In this document: piece by piece, positions 23,338-36,479 of the stretch
Layout of the letters: each line of letters starts with the position of its first letter
Numbering within the stretch: position 1 is the first letter of the stretch
Translations under genes and position numbers: made by a program
The notes under the pieces: generated by a model
Told to the model about the DNA's origin: nothing
What the model saw: only the letters and a program-made list of their open reading frames with translations
Databases searched by the model: none
Assembly (NCBI RefSeq): GCF_006345805.1
Contig: NC_043023.1
Coordinates: 15,562,001-15,626,000 of the forward strand
Origin: Octopus sinensis
Lineage: Eukaryota
Reading direction: 5' to 3'
Length of the DNA: 64,000 nt

Positions 23338-23615
23338 AGGCGTAGGAGTGGCTGTATGGTAAGTAGCTTACTTATGAACCATAAGGTTCCAGGTTCAGTC
23401 CCACTACGTGGCACATTGGTCAAATGTCTTCTACTATAGCCTCGGGCCGACCAAAGCCTTGTGAGTGGATTTGGTAGACGGAAACTGAAAGAAGCCCATC
23501 ATATATATGTGTGTGTATAAGTTTGTGTCTGTGTTTCTCCCCCCAACATCGCTTGACGACCAATACTGGTGTGTTTACGTCCCCATAACATAGCGCTTCA
23601 GCATAAGTGACCGAT
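23338..23615 (+). mobile_element. SINE family 1, 3'-truncated
   Basis: aggcgtaggagtggctgtatggtaag...gaccgat; cut by the fold-back at 23616. Confidence 0.8.
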
Positions 23616-24320
23616 AAATATGTTCTGGTGTTGCTTTGTTAAATGAAACCTACGAGCTGATACTTCAGCCTGGTCGCAGTATAATTATACAGAATTTAAA
23701 TGAAACACACATATACGCACACGTTTCTGTGTACTTAAACATGTGCTTGTGTATTTACGTATGTACGTACTTATCTGAATACGTACATAAGGAAAGGGAA
23801 AAGTTCTTCAGTTCTATATTTAAGAGATGAGGAATTATGTACGTTATTTACATTTGACGGATAAGTGTTCGATTCCAGGCAGTGACCTGGATAATAATAA
23901 TAAGAAGAATGTAAATAATTCCTCACCTCTTAAATATAGAACTGAAGAACTTTTCCCTTTCCATATTTCTTCATGTCCTACAGTTATTCGGCGCCCCCCT
24001 CTGATGTTGGTAGTAAGAGACAAACACCTTATACACACTGCAACGTTGTTAGCGCTAGGGAGGGCATCGAGCTATGGAGACCATACCAAAGTTGACCAGG
24101 AATATGAGGGAAGGGAGAAAGTAGGAAGGAAAGATGGATGGATAGACGTGTACGTGTCTAGAGAAGTACGTACATACATAAATACACAAGCACATGTTTA
24201 AGTACACAGAAACGTGTGCGTATATGTGTGTTTCATTTAAATTCTGTATAATTATACTGCGACCAGGCTGAAGTATCAGCTCGTAGGATTCATTTAACAA
24301 AGCAACACCAGAACATATTT
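23616..24320. repeat. Local fold-back (~155-bp arms plus a nested ~40-60 bp inverted copy); duplicate at ~55468-56155
   Basis: 23616-23770 is the reverse complement of 24165-24320; 23791-23826 is the reverse complement of ~23925-23960. Confidence 0.8.
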
Positions 24321-24971
24321 TTAATTTGGTAGTTATACTGTTGCACAACGAAGTTACAGGAATGTAAACAAAGCAACAATGGTTTTCGAATACTGGTAGA
24401 AATAACACACACGAGTCTTCCTGTTTTCCCTCCGTCCCTCTTTGATAAGTCCTGTTGGTTTCTTTCCGTCCCTGTAATTTAAGGGTTCGGTAACAGGATA
24501 GTGGAAAAGTACCAATAGATATGAAAATAAGCAGTCAGTTTTGTATGTTTTGTCATCATTTGGATTTTTCCTCATAACTCACATTTTGGAAAAGTAATTA
24601 TACCAATAAAAAACATTGAGAATTTACCAACTTAGTTTTAGCATCCGATATCCGGATATACAGTTCGTTTCGTCGACATTCCATGTCTATTTTTCCAGCT
24701 TTCTTTAAATTACGTTTCCCGTTGAATGGCTTTTTTGGTGTGGTTTGCGTTAATTGACTTTTAGCACTGATTTATTTATCATAACAGGTAAGATATCGTA
24801 GATATTTTGTTTTTAGTGAAAGCAGAAGAACCTGGAAAATTCGAAACTCCAGACAATAATGAAAGTATTCAATGTTGCTAGTCTGACATCGATATTAATT
24901 TCGTCCGCCGTTACGTTCTGGGTTCAAATTCCGCCGAGGTCGACTTTGCCTTTCATCTTTTCGGGAAATTA

Positions 24972-26847
24972 CCGTATTTGACGGCATATAGGACGCACTT
25001 TTTTCCAAAATATTTGGCTCAAAAAATCGCCCTGCGTCTAATATGCGAAGTCAAGACCCTCCCGTTGGCTAATCTTCTCCCAGACGCTCACTAACCTAGC
25101 TTACGCTAAGTATTTCTACCTACGTTAACGCCTTAATGATATTTTCCGTACTCATGCATCATTATTTTATTGCTAGTATTATTATTATTACAAGTATTAT
25201 TACTTTAAAATACGAATTATCGTAAAAATCAAAGCAGTCTACCGTAAATTGTTAGGCTGCGATCCATGACACACGTTTACTAATATCAGCTGATCGGAAC
25301 CCTAACTCGATGCCATATACGGGGGTAGGTTGGATATCTTGGTACAACAAAGTTTATGATCATAACATAACACACTACAACAGTACAAGCACCCACACGG
25401 TTATGGCAGCAAAAAGATCAAGCTACAAAATCTCCTACAAACTACGAGTGGTAGATTATGCCAAGGAGCATGGAAATAGAGCAGCAGCAAGGGTTTTTGG
25501 GCCACCACCTACAGAAAAAAATGATACGTGTCTGGCGACAGCAAGAAGAGCAGCTGATGAGAGCACAGAAAGGTAAACATAACCTTCGTTGCCCAGCCCC
25601 ACATTGGCCAGAACTTGAGGATGATATAAAAACGTGGGTGCTTGATGAGAGAAACTCAGGGAGAAGTGTATCTACCAAAATGATAATTCATGAGGCCATG
25701 ATAGTAGCAGAACAACGAGGGATACAGAACTTTGCAGGAACAGAAGGTTGGTGTTACAGGTTTATGAAACGGAAGGGTTTATCAATGCGTACAAAAACAT
25801 CCATTGCACAAAAAATGCCTGCTGATTATGAAGAAAAAATATTAGATTTTCATAGATTTGTTATAAATGCAAGAAAGAAAACTTGTTTTGAACTGGGCCA
25901 AATAGGGAATACGGACGAAGTTCCACTCACATTTGATGTACCATCCAACAGGACAGTGTCAAAGGGTCTAAAATGGTTTCGATAAAAACCACTGGCCACG
26001 AAAAGACCCACTATACAGTAGCTCTGGCCTGTTGTGCTGACGGCATAAAACTGCCACCTCTTTTGATATTTAAGAGAAAAACTCAACCTAAGGATAAAAT
26101 TCCAAGAGGTGTACTAGTTCATGTTCACGAAAAAGGCTGGATGAACGAAAATGGAATGAAACTGTGGTTACAAAGTATATGGTCATGGCGTCCTGGTGGA
26201 CTATTAAGAAAACCTTCTCTTCTGGTTTGGGATCAGTTTAGAGCACATAGAACTGAAGCCATTAAAAAAAGGGTGGCAGAATTGAAAACGCAGTTAGCTG
26301 TCATTCCTGGTGGACTGACGAGCCAATTGCAGCCTTTAGATGTGTCTGTGAATAAGCCATTTAAGCAGAACATGCGTGAACATTGGAACAAGTGGATGGC
26401 AGAGCCACATCATGCCCTCACACCCACAGGAAGAATGAAGCGGCCCACCATTGCTGAAGTGTGTGAGTGGGTGAAGAAATCTTGGGATGGTGTTAGGCCT
26501 GAAATCATTGTGAAGGCTTTTAAGAAGCGTGGCATTAGCAATGCCCTTGATGGCACAGAAGATGATGCATTATTTGAAGACAGTGACTTCAGCAGTAGTG
26601 ATGAAGATGTTTCTTGTTTTGAAGATGATGAAGACTTTTCTGGTGTAGAAGATGATGAAGAGTTTTCTGGTTAAAAAGATGATTACTATTGTAATTTGTA
26701 TGCTTGCTTTTATACAGCAATGTTTTCTGCTTTTGTAATGTGCTGCTAGACTGCTTTCAACAATATATGCTTAAATACGCTTAAAACTTTTTTTCCTGAA
26801 TTTGACCTGCTGAAATTAGGGTGCGTCTAATATGCCGTCAAATACGG
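24972..26847 (+). mobile_element. Full-length pogo-superfamily DNA transposon (Passer/POGK-like, DD35D) with TIRs and TA TSD
   Basis: TIR ccgtatttgacggcatataggacgcac / gtgcgtctaatatgccgtcaaatacgg; TA at 24970-24971 and 26848-26849. Confidence 0.9.
25403..26674 (+). pseudogene. Passer/POGK-like transposase (Brinker-type DBD, CENP-B HTH, DDE_1), two frameshifts
   Basis: MAAKRSSYKISYKLRVVDYAKEHGNRAAAR..; GWCYRFMKR; catalytic NTDEVP, VWDQF, QPLD with 35 residues between D2 and D3; +1 in A7 (25515-25521) and net -1 near 25960-25972. Confidence 0.9.
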
Positions 26848-27755
26848 TAAGTACCAGTTACGCACTGGGGTCAATGTAATCAACTTAATCCGTTTGTCCT
26901 TGTTTGTCCCGTCCGTGTTTCGCCCCTTGTGGGTAATAAAGAAACAGATATTAATTCTATTTTGTTTGCAAGATTCTTTATATGAATTCGTGTGTTGAAG
27001 CATATTCTGTTGTGTCTGGGGAGAGTCATTTTCTTCTTGTGCGTATAATTTAACACACTCATCGGTAAAATTTTGCTGTTATTTCTTATTTCTTACTTAT
27101 TTCCTTTTTTCCTAAAATTTTCTTTGCGTCTTGCAACCTTTTCAATAGTTTTGACTCTGTCCGTTATTTACACTGCTTTTCCTTTTGTTTGTTTGGGTGC
27201 ATTGAAACTAAACTAGAGAAAGTATTAGATTTATGACTCAGGTCATTATAGACGAAAGTAATGTCTTGTGTCATGAGTATCATTTTAAAGTGTAATTTCT
27301 TCGGGCAACAGTTTATATCCACAGTTTATCATTATGAAAATGTAGTTATAATTTTTATTGTTAAACCTTTGCTTTTTAAGTCTTTCCTATATCTTCTACT
27401 GTTTCTGTGTCATTTCAGATACTCGTATAAAGGAGTTTTACGTGAGATACATCATGAATATTGATCATGTTTTAAAAACGAATGTCAGCCGTTATAAATA
27501 ATAGATAATAACTCTGTTTATATAATATATCTATGGTGAATAACGGTGAAATATTTCTTCTGAATTGATAGCAACATTTGTTTTCCTCATTGCCAGGAAT
27601 ATTTACGAAAGTATTTCACATTCAGTTTGAAAATCTGTGAGAAAATCTGGAAAGGTGTTTGTATCATTTTCAGATATTCAAGATCAGATTTGCTGTAGAA
27701 GATATATATAAAGAAGGGGGAAATATATTTTCTGTCTGTATACTACAGAACAATA

Positions 27756-28893
27756 ATGAATAGTCTGGAGATGTTAAAAGAAAGAGAAAAGTTATCAAGC
27801 CAATGTGATATCTGTAAAAAGACATTTTCTAATAAGGGAAATCTCACTGTTCACAAATTCATTCATGCAGGGGGGGAAACAATATCATTGTGATATCTGT
27901 GGTAAATCATTCACTCAGAAATGTAGTCTCACTCATCACAAATACACTCATACTGGAGAGAAACCATATCAGTGTGATATCTGTGGTAAATCATTCTCTC
28001 AAAGGACTGCCCTTTCTTATCACAAATTCGTTCATACTGGAGAGAAACCATATCACTGTGATATCTGTGGTAAATCATTCTCTACAAAATATAACCCTAC
28101 TAAACACAAATCCATTCATACAGGAGAGAAACCAAATCAATGTCGTATTTGCAGTAAATCATTCTCTCATAGAAGTTCCCTTGATTTTCACAAACACATT
28201 CATACAGGAGAGAAACCACATCAGTGTGATGTTTGTGGTAAATTATTCTCTCAAAAAAGTAGCCTTAATTCTCACAAATACATTCATACAGGTGAGAAAC
28301 CATATCAGTGTGATATCTGTGATAAATCCTTTTCATTAAAAAGTTATTTAACTACTCACAAATCCATTCACACAGGGGAGAAACCATATAAATGTGATAT
28401 TTGTGGTAAATCATTCACTCAGACATGTAGCCTCACTCATCACAAATACACTCATACTGGAGAGAAACCATATCAATGTGATATTTGTGGTAAATCATTC
28501 TCTCAAAAGACTCCCCTTTCTTATCATAAAGTCGTTCATACTGGAGAGAAACCATATCACTGTGATATCTGTGGTAAATCATTCTCTAAAAAATATAACC
28601 TTACTAAACACAAATCCATTCATACAGGAGAGAAACCATATCACTGTGATATTTGCGGTAAATCATTCTGTCATACGAGTAGCCTTGATTCTCACAAACA
28701 TATTCATACAGGAGAGAAACCACATCACTGTGATATTTGTGGTAAATCATTCTCTCAAAAAAGTCACCTTTCTTCTCACAAATCAGTTCATACAGGTGAG
28801 AAACCATATCGATGCGATATCTGTGGTAAATCATTCTCTCAGAAAAGGTCCTTAAATAGACACAAATGCATTAATACAGGGGACAAACCATAG
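27756..28893 (+). CDS. C2H2 ZNF-3, 13 fingers (378 aa if one extra G in the G7 run 27870-27876 is removed)
   Basis: ATG AAT AGT CTG GAG ATG..; the only lesion is G7 instead of G6; otherwise open to the shared TAG 28891-28893. Intact gene with a sequencing error, or a young frameshift allele. Confidence 0.75.
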
Positions 28894-29300
28894 CACTGTA
28901 GTATCTGCAGTAAATTATTCCGTTTAAGAAAATATTTAATTAATTACAAGTCTGCTCATACTGGAGAGAAACTATGTGACTGTGATGTCTGCAGCAAATC
29001 ATTCTCTCAGGAATATGCTGTATATACTTATAAACGTATTCATACAGGAGAGAAACTCTACTGCTGTGATACCTGAGGTAAATCATTCTCTGTGGAACAA
29101 TATTGAACTCATCACAAATACATTCATACAGGAGAGAAATCATATCACTGTGACATCTGGGACAAGTCATTCTTTCATAGAGAGAAATAATAAACTAAAC
29201 ACAAACATATTCATACAGGAGAAGATTCTTATGACTGTGTAATCTGTGCTAAATCATTCTCTCAATAATCTACCTTAACTAAACATATACTTATTCATAT
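28894..29300 (+). repeat. Fossil zinc-finger tail (~5 degenerate fingers) in the presumptive 3' UTR of ZNF-3
   Basis: In-phase HCSICSKLF..TGEKLCDCDVCSKSFSQ..TGEKLYCCDT* and further decayed 84-nt units. Confidence 0.8.
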
Positions 29301-29843
29301 TGATCAATAACAATATCAATGATAAAACAGATGTCCTGCTGAATAAAATACAGCAAATGTATTACTTTTTACAAAATAAATTCATTTTTCACATTTTCCT
29401 CATTTGCATCAACTCACTAATTACGATTTGTGTTTTTTATTCAAACAATATTGATTATATTAATTTGCTCTGTTTTCTTGTGGATATATTATTTTGATAC
29501 AAATGTATTACACTCCAGTTCCCAGCCATGATCAGTTATCCTCTGCTGGACACACTCAGGGATCCCAGGATCTGCACCCTTTGTGCTACTGCCCACATAT
29601 TCTGGCACTAGCTGGAGGCTTATTGCTGTTTGTCACAGTTTTGGGTGTAGAGTGGGAAATATTTTTCAAAAGCCTAATGCCCCACTCTACCTATGGTTCA
29701 AGCACATCCCCGCTCAACCCATGCAAGGGATTATCATCATACTTATTTTTTGCTAAATCATTCTGTAGAGCAGGTTTTCATGGTCTTGTTCTTACCAGAC
29801 ACCAAGTAGGGATTTATGATGGGCATCTGGTTAGAATGGCACC

Positions 29844-30900
29844 TGTTGTGATGAGAGTTACCATGTCCCCTTGTGAGAGATAGACTGGTCCGAGTAAAGT
29901 ATAAATAGTAACGATCTGAGTGAGTTTGCGGTTCAGAGTCAAGTGAAGTCGGAAGGTGTCCCTTGGTTTACTTCCTAAGGAATATTGAATATTGGTTCTT
30001 AAAAGATTTGTTAGTTCATTAGATTGTTGTTACAATTTTCTGGTTATCTTATTTATTGTACGGAACAATTATGTTACAACATCTGGCGATGAGGGTTTCG
30101 AATCTCTTGCAGGTCAGTTAACAAATTTTTGTGATACAAAATTGTTAAATCATGGAAGACTAATTAGCTTCTTTAAAACTGTTGCAAAATCAGCGACAAA
30201 GGCAGCAACAACAACAATTATTGGGGCTTTATTCAAAGAAGTCCAGAAATGAGGGAAGTACATTTTTGCCAGACGCCGTTTTGGACTCAATGAATCCAGT
30301 TATAACCCAGAAGATGGTATAACTGTTGCATTGTACTACAGCAGGTAATTTTTAAGGAAGATTGTAAGACATGGTCAGACACAGAAAAAGTAAGGTTATT
30401 ATGACGTAAATGAGCCCCATCTGAGTATGAACATTACTTTAATTTCATATTACCCCAAAAAACTCAATGAAATTTGTTTTAAAGAAACAATGGAATTACT
30501 GTCTAACATATTCGGTGATAAAACTTCTCTAACACTTGGATGGTGTTTTGGAATATAATGAAAAAAGAGGATGGTGATTTTATCACATACGCAGGAACAA
30601 TTGACAGGAGGTGTGAATATTTTAAACTCAAGAATTTACACCTGAGATGTTCAGGTGTCTTATTTTGGTACAAGGCCTTACAACAACTGAATATACAGAA
30701 ATTCACACTGCAGAACTAAATTCTGAAGATCAACCATTAAAGATCCTAGAGGGCTCTCAACAGAAACAAAATTCGACTCCCAAATGAGGAAATTTGTACA
30801 CGTAAAAATGATTGGAATACATATTAAACTTCAGTTCGATACTGGAAGTGATATTTTAATAATAAAGATGGATACATGGAAGAAAATAGGGGAACCTATC
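29844..30900 (+). mobile_element. Ty3/Gypsy remnant: 238-bp LTR (29844-30081), PBS tggcgatgagg (30084-30094), decayed gag and protease
   Basis: TGTTGT..ACAACA LTR ends, internal TATAAATA; IFKEDCKTWSDTEKVRLL, NIFGDKTSL, RKFVH..KLQFDTGSD; no RT, integrase or 3' LTR. Confidence 0.8.
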
Positions 30901-31526
30901 TATTTTACATGTTTCAGGCATTTGACAGTGGCCATGCTGGAGCACCACCTTTAGTTGAGCAAATAGACCCAGGACTTATTCTTTGTAAGCCTTGTACTTA
31001 TTCTATTGGTCTCTTTTGTCGAACCGCTAAGTGACGGGGATATAAGCACACCAGCATCGGTTGTCAAGCAATGCGAGGGGGACAAACACAGACACACAAA
31101 CATACATATATACGATGGGCTTCTTTCAGTTTCCGTCTACCAAATCCACTCACAAGTCTTTGGTCGGCCCGAGGCTATAGTAGAAGACACTTGTCCAAAG
31201 TGCCACACGGTGAGACAGAACCTGGGACCATGTGGTTGGTAAGCAAGCTACTTTCCACACAGCCACTCCTACGCCTATATGTACACATTACACAAGATAT
31301 TGTTTGCTTATTTCTCTGTTGTCTGTATTAAAGAAATATTTTCAAATTATTTCACTTTAATATAATTTATTATTTCTTTAGCTTGTATTAAATAATTTTG
31401 ACCTCATAACTCATTAAAATAATTGCATTATCTTTTTAACTTATCTCTCTGCTTTTATATATTATGTTGGGTGTGTAGGCATGTATAAATATATATATAG
31501 AGAGAGATTTTAAAAGTGTCCCGAAT

Positions 31527-31870
31527 ACAGGAGTGGCTGAGTGGTAAGTAGCTTGCTAACCAACCACACGGTTGCGGGTTCAGTCCCACTGCGTGGCATC
31601 TTGGGCAAGTGTCTTCTGCTATAGCCCCGGGCCGACCAATGCCTTGTGAGTGGATTTGGTAGACGGAAACTGAAAGAAGCCTGTCGTATATATGTATATG
31701 TGTGTGTGTTTGTGTGTCTGTGTTTGTCCCCCTAGCATTGCTTGACAACCGATGCTGGTGTGTTTAGGTCCCCGTCACTTAGCGGTTTGGCAAAAAGAGA
31801 CCGATAGAATAAGTACTAAAAGGTGGTGCTCCAGCATGGCCGCAGTCAAATGACTGAAACAAGTAAAAGA
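31527..31870 (+). mobile_element. SINE family 1, specific to this duplicate copy
   Basis: Full SINE body; absent at the homologous positions near 10345 and 54775. Confidence 0.85.
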
Positions 31871-32683
31871 GTATATGCTTTTCTAATTTGGCAACCCTAT
31901 CCAAACGTGTCCCTTATGAGCCTATACAATTGATGATACAGCATAGAATTCACACTTGATCAATGTATGATAAAAGTTACACATTTCTCCAAACTGATCT
32001 ACAATAAATGTTTGTTTTGAAGTTATATAATTTGTTGATATTATTTAATATACAAAATACTTGGTGTTAGATGCTAAGATACAGTGATGAGAGATAAACG
32101 AAGGGATAAGTTTGTTCATTAAATGCTAATGATGGTGGTTATCTAGTGAATATGCGATGGAGCCATTGAGTAGATGGTAACCATGTGAGAGGAGGAGTGT
32201 GAAGGAAATATATTTCCCAGTCACTGATGAAATGTTAAAATAAGACAATGGTAGGAAATTCTCAAGAGAGCTGAACAGCGGAAGGTCTTTGGAGAGGAAA
32301 CCCTACTCAGGCAAGATCCAGAGGTCATGCGTTGACATATAAGGTTAATTGAAGGAAAAGCTTGTAACATCAGATGAACATATTTTGCAACCACGTCTCA
32401 AAGCAGAATAAGGCGAACACATGCACTTGCGGGTGTGTATGTGCGTGACCTGAGTCAATGCATGTCTAGGAGTCAGGAGTCAACGCAAGGGTGGCACAAA
32501 ATTAGAATGTTCCGCTTTATATTAGGGATAAACCAGAAGTCCCTGACTGCTATGTCATCTGGAAGTTTATAGGAAGCTTCTAAAATATTCAAGAAGGTCG
32601 AGGGAGATTACTCTAGTTAAATCCCATTTTCATTTTGCTTTCCTGTCTGACCGCCAGGGGTCACTCAGGTTTTAGTTATACAA

Positions 32684-33035
32684 GGCGGTGAGCTGGCAGA
32701 AACGTTAGCATGCTGGGCGAAACACGTGGCCGTATTTCATCTGAGGTCGAATTTGCCTTTCATCCTTTCAGGGTCGATTAATCAAGTACCAGTTACACAC
32801 TGGGATTGATGTAATCGACTTACTCTGTTTGTCTGTCCTTGTTCGTCCCCTCTGTTTAGCCCCTTGTGGGTAGTAAAGAAATACGTATTGTGTCTGCCAT
32901 CACGTTCTGAGTTCCAATTCCGCTGAGGTCGACTTTGCCTTTCATCGTTTCGGGGTCGATATAACGGACTTAACCCGTGCGTCTGTCCTTGTTTGTCCTC
33001 TCTGTGTTTAGCCCCTTGTGGGTAATAAAGAAATA
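32684..33035 (+). mobile_element. SINE family 2 containing a second, 5'-truncated SINE2 (inner TSD cgtatt)
   Basis: Outer TSD agttatacaa (32674-32683 / 33036-33045); two gccccttgtggg tails; homologues at 9331 and 53771 are monomers. Confidence 0.75.
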
Positions 33036-35018
33036 AGTTATACAAGATTCCCTTGATTAGGTCGAGAATTATAAAAATTTGTGTGGGCCTCTGAGCAGGT
33101 ATTGCCCTGATTTTCGCAAAATCTGATGCAGATTCTCTGCTCAACTTTCTATCATGCTCATTGTGACAATCACACGCTACACACCTTCCTTCGAAGCATT
33201 GCTACAAACAGCAGAAGAGAGTTAGAATGTTAACAATTAGTGTGAATGCACAGCAGAGTTTAGAGTCAATCTTTCCCAAATGGCTTCACTCTGTGTATCT
33301 TAGCTTCGTTGCTATAGCAACAGTCTGCATGTATGTACGTACGTATGTATATATGTATACCATTCTTCAGTTTTATATCAAAATTACTTGCCAATAGAGA
33401 AAGAGCCAATTTCTAACCTAAATCCAAGGATCCTTCATTGGAATTTCACCATCAACAACAGAGTATGTACGTCTTTTCGGTTTCAACGGCAATTTTTAAC
33501 ATAATTTCTAGGTAACTATAAGATACCCTTCCCCCCACCCCTAACCCTAAAAGAGATAGAAATGCAATAGATCGATACTAGGGTCATAATTATGGGTGAC
33601 AATTTCATATGACACCGCTAGAAAAAAATCCCATTTTCTGTAGTGGTGTCGTATGAAATTGTCACCCATAATTATAACCCTAGTATTGATCTTTGCATTT
33701 CAATCTATTTTAGGGTTAAGGGTATCTATTTTTCTTTGCAAATGTAAATAAACCCACTCTGTTTCTTAAACAAGGGACATATTCATACAGCACGGTATGT
33801 TTTGACTCCAAATGGACGTATTTGATTGGTTAAAATTGCCGAAATGCTCGATTTTAAAGTGGAAATATGTTACAAACTATAGAATTTTCTCAATAAATCC
33901 AAGAAAAAATGATGTTTTATAAACACATTCTACCAGTATACGAAGTTTAAAAGTGTTTAGTTAACTAGAAATTGTGTTGACATATGCTGTTCAAAAGGAA
34001 AAGATCCGCGCAAACTTGTACGAAGTACAGACATCTGCGTGTTAATATACATCTCAGGAAAAACAGCCTTCTCATAATCAATAAGCTTGGTGGCACCCTG
34101 GTAGTACATATCATTGTGGAAAACGTAAAACCACCTATAATTGTTATATATATATTAATTACCAGAGTGACCCACGACTTGACTGGTTACAGACGCTGAG
34201 TACTATTTACAAAAAGTGGTCACACTGCGCGCCATCCCGCTAGCTAGTTGTGACTAGTCAATCCTACGACTACCAAGCGCGATTGCACGTATGCAAATTA
34301 ATAGATGCGTGCATGCGCAAAGCACGTACTATAAATCCTCGAGTATAATTCTCATTTTACCCCCCAAATTTAAAGGTCAAAATCCCAGGTGCGGATTATA
34401 TACAAGGTTAAAAATGAAAATATTTTCTAAGCAATGTCCGAGTCTCTCTTTGCTGTCTGGCAATGTTTATTCAGACGCATTTTGTGATGTCGGGCGTGAA
34501 AATACCTCAAGCTAAGCCTGAAAGCAATGAAGTCATAAAAGAATCATCCATAACTTGCAGTAAGCAACATTTATTAAACATTATTACTGTTATTTCTTTA
34601 TTTTCTGCAAACAAAATGCACAAAAAAGCTACAATTTGCATTATATTATATATACAATAATAAGAAAGGAGGTTACCATATACATTTTTACAAACAAGGA
34701 TGTTATATAGACCTCCTTGACTCAGGTTAGAGAAGGGGTGCATATTACATACATGGTTTAGGTTTTTCAGAGGTACAGCCCCCTAAAAACTCCCCTGAGT
34801 ATTAAACTCAAGAGCGGACTACACTCAAAGATTTATTATATGTATTTAAAGGCTGTATATCAAATAATTTTTTTTTTAAAACAAGGTAAATAATTTTTTC
34901 AAACAAATAAATAATTATCAACTAATTAGGGAGAGAGTCAGTTTAGATGAGATGCAGTTTGGCTTCATGCACCACTGATGCTATATATTTCTGGTAAGAC
35001 AGATGCAGGAGAAATACC

Positions 35019-35703
35019 TGATCTTTTTCTTTTGAACGGCAGTTTTCAACACAATTTCTAGTTAACTAAACACTTTTAAACTTCGTATACTGGTAGAATG
35101 TGTCAAAATAAAACATTTTTTTCTCTTGGCTTTCTTTAGAAAATTGCAATTTGTAAGTTTCACGTAGTTTAATTTTTTCGAATTTTAACCAATCAATGGC
35201 CTCTAATGAGCTAAATCATTTGCTGCGTCTAAATCTGAGACAACATCACCCTAACCCTAACCCTAAATTTTAGCCTTTCGGTTTTTTTTTCTCAAATGTT
35301 AAATTAATTTATGGATAATAATTAAGAAAAAAGAAATGAAAGGCTAAAACAAAAGAAAAAACTCAACAAAAACAAAATGAATAATTTTAGACACACGCGA
35401 AACGATTAAATTAATTTAACAATTAAGAAAAAAAAAATGAAAGGCACAAATTTAGGGTTAGGGTTAGTGACAGGATGTTGCCTCAGTTTTAGACGCAACA
35501 AATGATTTTAGCTCAATAGAGGGCATAGGATTGGTTAAAATTCGAAAAATTAAACTACATTAAACAAACAAATTACAATTTTCTCAAGAAAGCCAAAAGA
35601 AAAAAATGTTTTATTTTGATACATTCTACCAGTATACGAAGTTTTAAAGTGTTTAGTTAACTAGGAATTTTGTTAAAAACTGCCATTCAAAAGGAAAAGA
35701 TCC
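35019..35703. mobile_element. Family A fold-back MITE (inverted homologue of 6263-6931) followed by 37 nt of ZNF post-stop sequence
   Basis: Same flanks as 6263-6931 in reverse; 35704-35740 gacttagaatgaattactgcagatattacagtgctat. Confidence 0.85.
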
Positions 35704-36479
35704 GACTTAGAATGAATTACTGCAGATATTACAGTGCTATAGATCTCCGCCATGTGAATCAAAATACGTGTCAGAAACATCTTGAAATACTACAGAAATT
35801 ATGTTACGAAAATGATAATGTATACATACATCTTTGAGTGGTCCATCGATAATGATGATAAAGAAATGAGTTGGATTTGAACTCAGAATATTGACTAACA
35901 CAACTACATACTACAAGACTCAAAATATTCAGCCAAGTCACCACCCTTTAACTAGCAATAATAATAACATCAATAACATAACAGCCAAAAGATTTATTTG
36001 TTCTGAAAATAACAATCATAGTAAATAAATATGTTCTTTAATATTCACATTCATGTGCACAGTTAAACACACTTACATACAAACAGTCACGCATGCATAA
36101 TACAGAACGGAACACATAAATGAAGGATGCATTACTTAGTATATATTACATGTAGAGAATTTTGATTAATAAGTCAAATATGCAAATTATAAAGATAATT
36201 AATTGCTTTACTAAACAGTGTTGTAAAGGTGAAAAAATAAATTTGGGAAAAAAATACACGCCAAAACTAATTAATAAAGGATAATTAGGGAAGGATTGAC
36301 ACAAAATAATAATTTTTTCTGTCTCTTTTTTTCTGATAAATGCATCTTAATAAGTGAGAAGAATTGCATATATCTGAACTATTTCAAAGAAAAGCATAAA
36401 TTTAATGTTTAAAATAGCTTTAACCAAGGAATGAGATCCAACATTTCTTCACTTTTTCCAGAATTTCTTCTCTTTATTT

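Larger units (their letters stand above)
20097..24345 (-). repeat. Inverted duplicate of ~55440-63300 lacking 59630-62930 (the whole ZNF-7 locus)
   Basis: 20097-20493 matches the reverse complement of 62925-63305; 20509-24345 matches the reverse complement of 55440-59628. Confidence 0.85.
24902..26947 (+). mobile_element. SINE family 2 split by the Passer insertion
   Basis: 5' part ..gtcgactttgcctttcatcttttcgggaaat|TA and 3' part TA|agtaccagttacgcactgggg...gccccttgtgggtaataaagaaa. Confidence 0.85.
27040..35740 (-). repeat. Inverted duplicate of ~6230-15391
   Basis: Colinear reverse-complement match including the ZNF leader, Gypsy remnant, SINEs and MITEs. Confidence 0.9.

Noticed and set aside
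29494-30252. 129-aa and 86-aa ORFs also seen at 11.6-12.3 kb
   Set aside because: Duplicated sequence; the second overlaps the Gypsy LTR and leader; no recognisable domain.
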